42,428 bases of DNA from Burkholderiaceae bacterium (GTDB taxonomy: Bacteria > Pseudomonadota > Gammaproteobacteria > Burkholderiales > Burkholderiaceae_C), in contig DATIFD010000606.1 of NCBI GenBank assembly GCA_035455385.1, positions 1-42,428 on the forward strand. Reading direction: 5' to 3'. The translations under genes were made by a program, and so were the position numbers. Position 1 is the first letter of the stretch. Each line of letters begins with the position of its first letter. Below, one piece after another: positions 24,532 to 33,729 of the stretch. Under the pieces are notes generated by a model. The model had not been told where the DNA came from, made no database searches, and was given only the letters and a program-made list of their open reading frames with translations.

Positions 24532-26595
24532 ATGGAGCGCGGCCTGCCCTGGCCGATGGGCGCACACTGCCGCGACGGCGGCGTCAACTTCGCGGTCTTC
24601 TCGGCCCACGCGACGCGCGTCGAGCTGTGCCTGTTCGACGGCGAGGGCCGGCACGAGGTGCAGCGCCTGGCCCTCGCGGCCCGCAGCGGCGACGTCTGGC
24701 ACGGCTTCATCCCCGGCGCGGGGCCGGGGCTCGTCTATGGCTTGCGCGCGCACGGTCCCTGGCAGCCCGATCAGGGCCACCGCTTCAACCCGCACAAGCT
24801 GCTGCTGGACCCGTGGGCGCGCGAGGTCGTCGGCCGCTTCGAGTGGCGCGACGAGCACTTCGGTGGCGACCGCGCCCACCCGCTGCGCATGGACACGCGC
24901 GACAACGCGGCCAGCGCCCTGAAGGCGCGTGTGATCCAGGACCACTTCGACTGGGGCGACGATGCGCCGCCGCGCACCCGGCTCGAGGACACCGTGCTCT
25001 ACGAGCTGCACCTGCGCGGCTTCACGCGCCTGATGCCGGATGCGCCCGAGGCGGTGCGCGGCAGCTATCTCGGTCTCGCGTCGCGCCCCGCGATCGACCA
25101 CTTGAAGCGGCTGGGCATCACCGCGGTGGGCCTGCTGCCGGTGCACCAGTTTGTCGACGAAGAGCGCCTCGTGCGCGCCGGCCTGCGCAACCACTGGGGC
25201 TACAACAGCATCGGCTTCTTCTGCCCCGAGCCTCGCTACGCCACGCGGCCCGACGGCGCCAGCGCCCGCCACGAGTTCCGCACCATGGTGCAGGCCCTGC
25301 ACGCTGCCGGCATCGAAGTGCTGCTCGACGTGGTCTTCAACCACAGCGGCGAGACCGACGAGACCGGGCCCACGATCAGCATGCGCGGGCTCGACAACGC
25401 GTCGTGGTATCGCCTGCGCCGCGACTCGCCCGGTCACTACGAGAACCTCACCGGCTGCGGCAACACGATCGACATCCGCAAGCCGCGCGTGCTGCAATGG
25501 GTGTTGGACAGCCTGCGCTACTGGGTGCAGGAGATGCACGTCGATGGCTTCCGCTTCGATCTGGCGCCGGTGCTCGCCCGCGGCGACGTGGCCTTCGAGC
25601 GCGACGCGCCTTTCTTCAAGACGCTGATGCAGGACCCCGTGCTGGCGGGCGTGAAGCTGATTGCCGAGCCGTGGGACGCCGGCCCCGACGGCTACCGCCT
25701 GGGGCAGTTCCCCGGTGGATGGCTCGAGTGGAACGACCGCTTCCGCGACACGATGCGCGCCTTCTGGCTCGGCGGCGACACCACGCGCGGCGAATTCGCG
25801 CACCGGCTCGCCGCCTCGTCGGGCACCTTCGCGCCACGGCAGCCGGCGGAGTCGGTGAACTACGTCGTCTCGCACGACGGCTTCACGTTGCGCGACCTCG
25901 TCAGCTACGACATGCGCCACAACGAGGCGAACCTCGAGAACAACCACGACGGGCACGCGCACAACCTGAGCTGGAACTGCGGCGTCGAAGGTCCCACCGA
26001 TGACCCCGAGGTGCTGCAACGGCGTGCGCGGCTGCAGCGCGCGCTGCTGGCCACGCTGCTGCTGTCGCAAGGCACGCCGATGCTCGCCGCCGGTGACGAG
26101 CTCGGCCACAGCCAGCACGGCAACAACAACCCCTATTGCCAGGACAACGAAATCACGTGGATCCACTGGGCACAGGCTGACGCCGACCTCGTGGCTTACA
26201 CCGCGCACCTGATCGACCTGCGCCGGCGCCTGCTGCCGCTGGGCAACCACTGGTACCACGGGCAGCCCGGTGCACGGGGCCGCGCCGATCTCTCGTGGTG
26301 GCACCGTGGCGGCCAACCCCTGAGTGGCGACGATTGGGCCCGACGGGGCTCGCGTGTGATCGGCGCGTACGTCGGCGCACCCGGCCGTGGCAATGCCGCG
26401 ATCCTGATGCTGTTCAACGCCGAGGACGCCGACACCGAGTTCGAGTTGCCGGCCGGGCGCTGGCGGCTCGAACTCGACAGCGCGGAGCCGCGCGGCCGGC
26501 GCGCATGGTGCGGCGAAGGCGGCGTGCCGATCACGCTGCGCGCGCGCAGCGTGCTGCTGCTGGCCGAGGATCGCGAGCGGCACCCGAGCGTCTGA
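24532..26595 (+). CDS. glgX: glycogen debranching enzyme (isoamylase-type, GH13)
   Basis: GLPWPMGAHCRDGGVNFAVFSAHATRVELCLFD is a GlgX-like N-terminus. GH13 motifs are LLDVVFNHS, VDGFRFDLA, AEPWD and VVSHDGFTL. An alternative in-frame GTG at 24460 overlaps the glgP stop (GTGA). Confidence 0.9.
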   Translation: MERGLPWPMGAHCRDGGVNFAVFSAHATRVELCLFDGEGRHEVQRLALAARSGDVWHGFIPGAGPGLVYGLRAHGPWQPDQGHRFNPHKLLLDPWAREVVGRFEWRDEHFGGDRAHPLRMDTRDNAASALKARVIQDHFDWGDDAPPRTRLEDTVLYELHLRGFTRLMPDAPEAVRGSYLGLASRPAIDHLKRLGITAVGLLPVHQFVDEERLVRAGLRNHWGYNSIGFFCPEPRYATRPDGASARHEFRTMVQALHAAGIEVLLDVVFNHSGETDETGPTISMRGLDNASWYRLRRDSPGHYENLTGCGNTIDIRKPRVLQWVLDSLRYWVQEMHVDGFRFDLAPVLARGDVAFERDAPFFKTLMQDPVLAGVKLIAEPWDAGPDGYRLGQFPGGWLEWNDRFRDTMRAFWLGGDTTRGEFAHRLAASSGTFAPRQPAESVNYVVSHDGFTLRDLVSYDMRHNEANLENNHDGHAHNLSWNCGVEGPTDDPEVLQRRARLQRALLATLLLSQGTPMLAAGDELGHSQHGNNNPYCQDNEITWIHWAQADADLVAYTAHLIDLRRRLLPLGNHWYHGQPGARGRADLSWWHRGGQPLSGDDWARRGSRVIGAYVGAPGRGNAAILMLFNAEDADTEFELPAGRWRLELDSAEPRGRRAWCGEGGVPITLRARSVLLLAEDRERHPSV

Positions 26596-26598
26596 ACG

Positions 26599-28095
26599 AT
26601 GCGATTCCCGCGCGCCAGCGGCATCCTGCTGCACCCGACCTCACTGCCCGGTCCGCACGGCTCGGGCGACCTCGGCCGCGAGGCCCGCCACTTCGTCGAC
26701 TGGCTGTGCAGTGCCTTGCAGCGCCGGTGGCAGGTGCTGCCGCTGGGGGGTATCGGGCCCGGCAACTCGCCGTACATGAGCAGCTCCGCCTTCGCCGGCA
26801 ACGTGCTGCTGATCGACCTGCACGAGCTGCACGAGCAGGGCTGGCTCGACGCCACCGACCTGGCGCCGGCTCCCGGGCTCGAGGCGACGCGGGTGAACTT
26901 CGCCGCCGTGGTGCCCTACCGAATGCAGCGCCTGGCAAAGGCCGCGGCGCGCTTTGGCGTCACGGCCAGCGAGGCGCAGCGCGCCGCGTTCGACGAATTC
27001 GCCGCGACCCATGCGAGCTGGCTCGACGACTACGCGCTGTTCATGGCGCTGGCCGAGGAGCACGCCGGGCTGGACTGGTGCGATTGGCCTGCCGGGCTCG
27101 CCGCCCGCGAACCGCGTGCGCTGAAGCACGCGCGCGTCGCGCACGCCCAGCGCATCGCCTTCTGGCGCTTCTGCCAGTGGAGCTTCTTCCGGCAGTGGGC
27201 CTCATTGAAGAGCTACGCCCATGAAAAGGGGGTCGACATCATCGGCGACACGCCGATCTTCGTCGCCTACCAGAGCGCCGACGTCTGGTCGCATCCGCGG
27301 CTGTTCGAACTCGATGCGCAGGGCCGTCCGACCGTCATCGCCGGCGTGCCGCCGGACTACTTCAGCGCCACCGGGCAGCGCTGGGGCAACCCGCTGTACC
27401 GCTGGAGCGAGCACGCCAAGCGCGGCTACACGTGGTGGGTGGAACGTGTGCGCCGCACCTTCGAGCTGGTGGACTGCGTGCGCATCGACCACTTCCGCGG
27501 CTTCGTCGCGCACTGGGAGATCGCGGCCGATGAGCCCACCGCCGTCAACGGTCGCTGGGTGACGGGCCCGGGCGAGGCGCTGTTCGCGGCCGTCGCCCGT
27601 GCGCTCGGGCCGGTGCCGATCATTGCCGAGGACCTGGGGTTGATCACGCCCGACGTCGACGCGCTGCGCCGCAAGCTCGGCCTGCCCGGCATGCGCGTGC
27701 TGCAGTTCGCCTTCGGCGGTGACGCCGACAACCGCTACCTGCCGCACCACCATGAAGTCGATTCGGTGGTGTACAGCGGCACCCACGACAACGACACCGC
27801 GGCCGGCTGGTGGGCGCAGGCGAGCGACCACGAACGTCACTTTGCGCGCGGCTACCTCGGCACCGATGGGCACGACATGCCCTGGACGCTGATCCGCACC
27901 GTGCTCGCCAGCGTGGCCGACACCGCCATCGTGCCGCTGCAAGACGTGCTCGCCTTGCCCAGCGAGTGCCGCATGAATCTTCCCGGCCAGCAATCGGGCT
28001 GGTGGGAATGGCGCTTCGAGTGGGCCCAGATTCATCCATGGCACGGCCATCGGCTGGGCGAGCTGTGCCGCTGGTACGGACGCGCCAAGCCGTAG
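26599..28095 (+). CDS. malQ: 4-alpha-glucanotransferase (amylomaltase, GH77)
   Basis: RASGILLHPTSLPGPHGSGDLG, IGDTPIFVAYQSADVW, RIDHFRGF, IAEDLG and GTHDNDT. It starts 3 nt after the glgX stop. Confidence 0.92.
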   Translation: MRFPRASGILLHPTSLPGPHGSGDLGREARHFVDWLCSALQRRWQVLPLGGIGPGNSPYMSSSAFAGNVLLIDLHELHEQGWLDATDLAPAPGLEATRVNFAAVVPYRMQRLAKAAARFGVTASEAQRAAFDEFAATHASWLDDYALFMALAEEHAGLDWCDWPAGLAAREPRALKHARVAHAQRIAFWRFCQWSFFRQWASLKSYAHEKGVDIIGDTPIFVAYQSADVWSHPRLFELDAQGRPTVIAGVPPDYFSATGQRWGNPLYRWSEHAKRGYTWWVERVRRTFELVDCVRIDHFRGFVAHWEIAADEPTAVNGRWVTGPGEALFAAVARALGPVPIIAEDLGLITPDVDALRRKLGLPGMRVLQFAFGGDADNRYLPHHHEVDSVVYSGTHDNDTAAGWWAQASDHERHFARGYLGTDGHDMPWTLIRTVLASVADTAIVPLQDVLALPSECRMNLPGQQSGWWEWRFEWAQIHPWHGHRLGELCRWYGRAKP

Positions 28096-28204
28096 GACAC
28101 AGAAGAAGCCCCCGCACGGGTATTGATCGGGATCAGCCCCGAGGGCATCGATCCGCACTAGAAAGAATACGGTTGTGTGCAGCTGATGTTGGAGGAGTGT
28201 GGTC

Positions 28205-28630
28205 GTGCAAGTGGTGACACCTGTCGAAGCCGAGGCGCCCGCGCGAGCGCTGGCGCTGATCCTGTCGGCCGACGGTTCACTCAGCCCTCGTGCCTTGCGC
28301 GTGCTCGAAGCACTGGGCGCGTTCGAACAGCTGGGGGTGAGTCGTCAGAGGGTCGTCGAACTGGCCGGCGAGTGCACCAGCCGGATCGACCCGGGACTGT
28401 GCGAACGCTCGTGGCTCTCCGCTGAAGACATCGCCCAGACCGATGCCGTGATCGGGGCCGTCAGCCGCCCCGATCAGCGCGCTCTGGTCTGCCGCCTCGC
28501 TGCCGCGGCCATCGAGGATGACGGGCTCGTCACCCACGGTGCACGCTTGCTGTTCGACCATGTGCTGGCACGCTGGCAGATCGCCGAGCCGTCGTTGTCG
28601 CAGGGGGATCGCCAGGGTCTTGCCGGATGA
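28205..28630 (+). CDS. TerB-like (tellurite-resistance TerB fold) small protein, function unknown
   Basis: Two half-repeats, ILSADGSLSPRALRVLEAL and AAAAIEDDGLVTHGARLLFDHV, resemble the paired xADGxxxxxE helices of TerB-family domains. GGAGGA lies at 28191-28196, so the GTG at 28205 fits better than the track start at 28199. GC3 is high, like the neighbouring genes. Confidence 0.5.
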   Translation: MQVVTPVEAEAPARALALILSADGSLSPRALRVLEALGAFEQLGVSRQRVVELAGECTSRIDPGLCERSWLSAEDIAQTDAVIGAVSRPDQRALVCRLAAAAIEDDGLVTHGARLLFDHVLARWQIAEPSLSQGDRQGLAG

Positions 28631-28675
28631 TGGCTCGCGTGACACGGGGCCTTGCAGCGGATCCGGAGGACGACC

Positions 28676-30808
28676 TTGTTCCCGGGTGACGAGGACATCG
28701 AACGCGCCGTCGCCGAACTGGCGCGGTGCCTGCCGGAGCGGCTGCAAGCGCTGGCGCGAATTGCCTACGACTTCCGGTGGACGTGGTCGGCCGATGGCGC
28801 CGCCACCTTCCGGACGATCGACCCCGACTGCTGGGCCCGCACCGGCGCCAACCCGAGGCGGCTGCTCACCGAGACGACCCGCACCCGACTCGAACGCGCC
28901 GCCCAGGATGGCGCCTTCGTCAGCCGTGTCGAACGGCTGGCGAACGAACTGCGCGCCGACCGCGAACGACCCTGGCGCGCGGGTGCGATCGATGCACGGC
29001 GTCCGGTGGCCTTCTGCTGCGCCGAGTTCGGGGTGCATGGCTCCTTGCCGATCTACTCCGGTGGCCTGGGCGTCCTGGCCGGCGACATCCTGAAGGAAGC
29101 CTCCGACCTGGCGCTGCCGATGGTCGGCGTGGGCCTGATGTACCGCACCGGCTACTTCCACCAGCGCATCGACGTCACCGGCTACCAGCACGAATACTGG
29201 CTGGACGCCGACCCCGAGCGGCTGCCCTGCGTGAAGGTCACCGGCCGGGATGGCCAGCCCCTGACGGTGACGGTGCCAGTGGACGAAGAAGATGTCGTCG
29301 CGCAAATCTGGCGCGTCGACGTCGGGCGCGTGCCGCTGTACCTGCTGGACACCGACCGGTCCGAGAACAGCGCGGTCGGCCGCTGGGTCACGTCGCGCCT
29401 GTACGAGAGCAACCGCGCGATCCGTCTGGCGCAGTACGCCGTGCTCGGCGTGGGCGGCGTGCGTGCGCTGCACGCGATGGGCATCGAGCCGTGCCTGTAC
29501 CACCTCAACGACGGCCACCCCGCGCTGGGCGTGTTCGAGCTGTTCGCGCAGGCGCGGCCACCGGCCGGCGACGAAGAAGCCGCCTGGCGGCAGGTGCGCG
29601 AGCAGGTCGTGTTCACGACCCACACGCCGGTTGCGGCGGGAAACGAGACCTACACGGGCGGCGAGTTGCTGGCGACGCTGGGGCGCGTGGCCGACCTGGC
29701 CGGCGACCGCGAAGCCTTCCTGGCGCGCGGCCGCATCGACCCGGGCAACCGCGAGCAACCCTCGGGCATGACCGCGCTGGCACTGCGCACCTGCCGCCAG
29801 GCCAACGGGGTCAGCCTGCGCCACGGACAGATTGCCCGAGCGATGTGGCAGCCCTTGTTCCCCGGAAGCGCGGTCGACGATGTGCCCATCGCCCATGTCA
29901 CCGACGGCGTGCACGTGCCCACCTGGCTGCAAGGGCCGATGCGCGACCTGCTCGACCGCCATCTGGGCACGGGGTGGCTGGCACGCGCCGACCAACCCGG
30001 CACCTGGGCGCCGGTGAACGACATTCCCGCGGCTGAACTGTGGGCGGCGCGCTGCGCCGCGCGCCAGCGGCTGGTCGACACGATCACGCACCTTGCCGTC
30101 GACCATCGGCTGCGGCGCGGCGAGCCGCTGGACTATGCGGCGGCCGTCGGCGGCGGCTTCGACCCCGAGCGCCTGACCGTCGGTTTCGCGCGCCGGCTGG
30201 CCACCTACAAGCGGCTGCACCTGCTGGCGCTGATGCCCGAGCGGGCGATCGCGCTGCTCGGCGGCGAGCGCCCGTTGCAGTTCGTGTTCGCCGGCAAGGC
30301 GCACCCCGACGACAACGACGCCAAGGAGGTGGTGCGCCGCCTGTTCGCGCTGAAGCGCGCCCCCAGCGTCGCCGGGCGCGCTGCATTCCTGGAGGACTAC
30401 GACATTCCCCTGGCCGGTCAGCTGGTGGCCGGCTGCGACGTGTGGGTCAATCTGCCGCGGCCGCCCCAGGAGGCCAGCGGCACCAGCGGAATGAAATCGG
30501 TCCTCGGTGGCGGCCTGCAGTTGTCGGTGCTCGACGGCTGGTGGGCGGAGGCTTACGACGGCAGCAACGGCTGGGCGATCGACGGCAGCGTGGACGCGGA
30601 CCACTCGGCGCAGGACTGGCGCGACGCGAATGCGCTGTTCGGTTTGATCGAGCAGCAGGTGGTGCCGATGTTCCACGAGCGCGACGCCGACGGCATCCCG
30701 CAGCGCTGGGTGGCCATGATGCGCCGCAGCCTGATCACGCACGGGCCGCGGTTCTCGGCCACGCGCATGCTGCGCGAATACGCCGACCGGGTCTACGCGC
30801 CCCATTGA
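28676..30808 (+). CDS. alpha-glucan family phosphorylase (DUF3417-containing, mycobacterial/archaeal-type GT35)
   Basis: The N-terminus is LARIAYDFRWTWS...FRTIDPDCW...NP (DUF3417-like). Also present are YSGGLGVLAGD, RLYE and the PLP-lysine region EASGTSGMKSVLGGGLQLSVLDGWW. The TTG at 28676 has GGAGGA 5 nt upstream. The track start, TTG 28652, is the in-frame alternative. Confidence 0.85.
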   Translation: MFPGDEDIERAVAELARCLPERLQALARIAYDFRWTWSADGAATFRTIDPDCWARTGANPRRLLTETTRTRLERAAQDGAFVSRVERLANELRADRERPWRAGAIDARRPVAFCCAEFGVHGSLPIYSGGLGVLAGDILKEASDLALPMVGVGLMYRTGYFHQRIDVTGYQHEYWLDADPERLPCVKVTGRDGQPLTVTVPVDEEDVVAQIWRVDVGRVPLYLLDTDRSENSAVGRWVTSRLYESNRAIRLAQYAVLGVGGVRALHAMGIEPCLYHLNDGHPALGVFELFAQARPPAGDEEAAWRQVREQVVFTTHTPVAAGNETYTGGELLATLGRVADLAGDREAFLARGRIDPGNREQPSGMTALALRTCRQANGVSLRHGQIARAMWQPLFPGSAVDDVPIAHVTDGVHVPTWLQGPMRDLLDRHLGTGWLARADQPGTWAPVNDIPAAELWAARCAARQRLVDTITHLAVDHRLRRGEPLDYAAAVGGGFDPERLTVGFARRLATYKRLHLLALMPERAIALLGGERPLQFVFAGKAHPDDNDAKEVVRRLFALKRAPSVAGRAAFLEDYDIPLAGQLVAGCDVWVNLPRPPQEASGTSGMKSVLGGGLQLSVLDGWWAEAYDGSNGWAIDGSVDADHSAQDWRDANALFGLIEQQVVPMFHERDADGIPQRWVAMMRRSLITHGPRFSATRMLREYADRVYAPH

Positions 30809-30835
30809 CCCTGTTGGCGCGACGGGAGCAAGCAC

Positions 30836-33259
30836 ATGGCCGATCCGAAGTACATCCGCTGGTTCGCCGATCTGTCGATGAAAGACCTGGCCTCGGTGGG
30901 CGGCAAGAACGCCTCGCTCGGCGAGATGTTCCAGGAGCTGCAGCCGCTCGGCGTGCGCATTCCCGACGGATTCGCCGTCACCGCGCAGGCCTACCGCGAC
31001 GCGCTCGACGCCGCCGGCGCCTGGCCGAAGCTGCACGCGCTGCTGGACACGCTCGACAAACGCGACATCGAGGCGCTGGCGCATGCCGGGGCGCAGGCGC
31101 GCGAGATCGTCTATGCGGCGCCCATGCCGCCGGCCGTGGACGACGCGATCCGCAGCGCATGGCGTGAGCTGCAGCGCAGGGTCGGCCCGGGGCTGAGCGT
31201 GGCGGTGCGCAGTTCCGCCACGGCCGAAGATCTGCCCAACGCCAGCTTCGCCGGCCAGCACGACACCTACCTCAACATCCGCGGCGAGCAGATGCTGATC
31301 GATGCCGTCAAGCGCTGCCAGGCGTCGCTGTTCACCGACCGCGCCATCTCGTACCGCACCGACCAGGGCTTCGACCACTTCAAGGTCTATCTGTCGGTGG
31401 CGGTGATGCAGATGGTGCGCAGCGACCAGGCATCCAGCGGCGTGATGTTCACGATCGACACAGAATCCGGCCACCCCGACGTGGCGTTCATCACCGCGGC
31501 CTGGGGCCTGGGCGAGAACGTGGTGCAGGGCGCGGTGGACCCCGACGAGTTCTACGTCCACAAGCCCACCTTCAAGGCCGGCCATCGCTGCGTGCTGCGC
31601 AAGCGGCTGGGGCGCAAGCAGATCCGCATGGTCTACAGCGGCGGGCGCACGCGCGAGCCGGTGCTCAACCAGCCGACGCCGCCCGAGGACCGCGCACGCT
31701 TCTGCCTCAGCGACGCCGACGTGCTCGAGCTCGCCGACGCCGGCATCAAGATCGAGGAGCACTACAGCCGCCGCGCCGGCGCCTGGCGGCCGATGGACAT
31801 CGAGTGGGCCAAGGACGGCCCCGACGGCAAGATCTACATCGTGCAGGCTCGGCCCGAGACGTCGGCGTCGCAGCGAGCGATCAACACGATCGAGGAATTC
31901 GTGCTCGAAGGCACGGCGGCGGTGCGCGTCCAGGGCCGCTCGGTGGGCGAGCGCATCGCCACCGGCAAGGTGCGGTGCATCGCCAACGCATCGCAACTGC
32001 AGGTGTTCAAGCCAGGTGAAGTGCTGGTGGCCGACACCACCACGCCCGACTGGGAGCCGGTGATGAAGACCGCCGCGGCCATCGTCACCAACCGCGGCGG
32101 GCGCACCTGCCACGCCGCGATCGTCGCGCGCGAACTGGGCATCCCGGCGGTGGTGGGGGCCGACGGCGCGAGCGAGAAGCTCAAGAACGGCGAGCCGGTG
32201 ACGGTGTCGTGCGCCGAGGGCGACGTCGGCCGCGTCTACGAGGGCGTGCTGAAGTTCCGCGTCGACAGGAGTGACCTCACCGGCTTCCAGCGCCCGGCCA
32301 CCGAGGTGATGGTGAACCTGGGCAATCCGGAGCTGGCGTTCAAGACCGCGCTGCTGCCGTGCGACGGCGTCGGCCTGGCGCGCATGGAATTCATCATCAA
32401 CGAGCACATCAAGGTGCACCCGATGGCAGTGCTGCACCCCGAGCGCATCGTCGACCCCGCGGTGCGCGCCAGGGTGCAGGCGCAGTCGGCGGGCTACCCA
32501 AACGGCGCCAGCTACTTCATCGAGAAGCTGTCCGAAGGCGTGGGCACCATCGCCGCGGCGTTCTACCCGCGGCCGGTGATCGTGCGGCTGTCGGACTTCA
32601 AGAGCAACGAGTACGCCGCGCTGCTGGGCGGCCGCGACTTCGAGCCGCACGAAGAGAACCCGATGCTCGGCTTTCGCGGTGCCGCGCGCTACATCCACCC
32701 GGCCTACGAGGAAGGCTTCGCGCTCGAATGCGCGGCGCTCAGGCGCGTGCGCGAGGCGATGGGCCTGGTCAACCTGAAGCTGATGGTGCCGTTCTGCCGC
32801 CGCCTCGACGAGGCGCGGCGCGTGCTCGAGACGATGGCCAGGTACGGCCTGAAGCGCGGCGACAACGGCCTGCAGATCTACGTGATGTGCGAGATCCCGA
32901 ACAACGTGCTGCTGATCGACGAGTTCGCGCAGCTGTTCGACGGCTTCTCGATCGGCAGCAACGACCTCACCCAGCTCACGCTCGGCGTCGACCGCGACAG
33001 TGCCATCGTGGCCGACTCGTTCGACGAGCGCGACCCCGGCATGCGCAAGATGCTCAAGCTCGCCGTCGAGGGCGCCAAGCGCAACGGCCGCCACAGCGGC
33101 ATCTGCGGCCAGGCGCCGTCGGATCACATCGACGTCGCAAAGTACCTGGTCGAACTCGGCATCGACAGCATCAGCCTCACGCCCGACCGCGTGCTGCGCA
33201 CGATGCAGGCGGTGCGCGAGATCGAGCAGGCGCAGGGTCGGGCCCGGCGCGGCGCCTAG
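30836..33259 (+). CDS. ppsA: phosphoenolpyruvate synthase (pyruvate, water dikinase)
   Basis: 807 aa with YIRWFADLSMKDLASVGGKNASLGEM, phosphohistidine loop TNRGGRTCHAAIVARELGIPAVVG and a C-terminal PEP-utilising domain containing ICGQAPSD. GGGAG lies upstream of the ATG. Confidence 0.92.
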   Translation: MADPKYIRWFADLSMKDLASVGGKNASLGEMFQELQPLGVRIPDGFAVTAQAYRDALDAAGAWPKLHALLDTLDKRDIEALAHAGAQAREIVYAAPMPPAVDDAIRSAWRELQRRVGPGLSVAVRSSATAEDLPNASFAGQHDTYLNIRGEQMLIDAVKRCQASLFTDRAISYRTDQGFDHFKVYLSVAVMQMVRSDQASSGVMFTIDTESGHPDVAFITAAWGLGENVVQGAVDPDEFYVHKPTFKAGHRCVLRKRLGRKQIRMVYSGGRTREPVLNQPTPPEDRARFCLSDADVLELADAGIKIEEHYSRRAGAWRPMDIEWAKDGPDGKIYIVQARPETSASQRAINTIEEFVLEGTAAVRVQGRSVGERIATGKVRCIANASQLQVFKPGEVLVADTTTPDWEPVMKTAAAIVTNRGGRTCHAAIVARELGIPAVVGADGASEKLKNGEPVTVSCAEGDVGRVYEGVLKFRVDRSDLTGFQRPATEVMVNLGNPELAFKTALLPCDGVGLARMEFIINEHIKVHPMAVLHPERIVDPAVRARVQAQSAGYPNGASYFIEKLSEGVGTIAAAFYPRPVIVRLSDFKSNEYAALLGGRDFEPHEENPMLGFRGAARYIHPAYEEGFALECAALRRVREAMGLVNLKLMVPFCRRLDEARRVLETMARYGLKRGDNGLQIYVMCEIPNNVLLIDEFAQLFDGFSIGSNDLTQLTLGVDRDSAIVADSFDERDPGMRKMLKLAVEGAKRNGRHSGICGQAPSDHIDVAKYLVELGIDSISLTPDRVLRTMQAVREIEQAQGRARRGA

Positions 33260-33289
33260 GCCGATTCCGCACAGCATGCACTCCGAATC

Positions 33290-33514
33290 GTGAGAACGAG
33301 ACGTTGCACCTGTGGCGCCGAAGCCGATGTGCGTCGTGTCACCCGCCGCACCGCCGACGGGCATGACGAGACCGTCTACCGGGTGATCTGTCCGGTCTGC
33401 GGGCAGCTGGGTCCCGCGATTCCGGCGGTGGGCAAGGACGAAGCCGCCGCAATCGCCGAAGCCGTCGCGGCGTGGAATGAAATGATCGCCCGGCTCCGTC
33501 CGCTGGAAGCCTGA
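33290..33514 (+). CDS. small zinc-ribbon protein, Lar (restriction-alleviation)-family-like
   Basis: 74 aa with the paired motifs CTCG...CPVCG followed by EAAAIAEAVAAWNEM, the C-x-C / CxxC / A-WN layout I associate with Lar-family proteins. It has a GTG start with no clear RBS. The coding status is uncertain. Confidence 0.45.
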   Translation: MRTRRCTCGAEADVRRVTRRTADGHDETVYRVICPVCGQLGPAIPAVGKDEAAAIAEAVAAWNEMIARLRPLEA

Positions 33515-33729
33515 GCCGGTCGCTCGAACGAAGAACCGTCACGGGCTCCTTCGCTTCGATGGGACGCTGTCGCGAGCGTGCGCTTCGCGAGAGCGCAGCG
33601 AAGCAGACGCTCGTCGCCGCATCCACTATCGGACCACCGCCCTCCGCTCGCGGGTTAGACTTTCGTGGACGGTCAAGCGGGCAATTGGGAATGTGCTTGA
33701 ACACGCGGCGTGTTGATCGAGGCAGTCCG

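Noticed and set aside
30836-33259. The PpsA-like gene next to a glucan phosphorylase might be a bacterial alpha-glucan, water dikinase (GWD-like).
   Set aside because: The protein has the full canonical PEP synthase layout, with the N-terminal ATP-grasp GGKNASLGEM, the His loop, and the C-terminal PEP/pyruvate TIM-barrel with ICGQAPSD. It has no extra carbohydrate-binding module. Ordinary PpsA is the parsimonious call.
28277-33364. A 1695-aa ORF on the minus strand spans the TerB-like gene, phosphorylase-2 and ppsA.
   Set aside because: It is antisense to three genes with strong motif-level identities. Its translation is low-complexity and rich in Arg, Ala, Gly, Asp and His, with no recognisable motifs. 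This is the classic shadow ORF of high-GC3 DNA.
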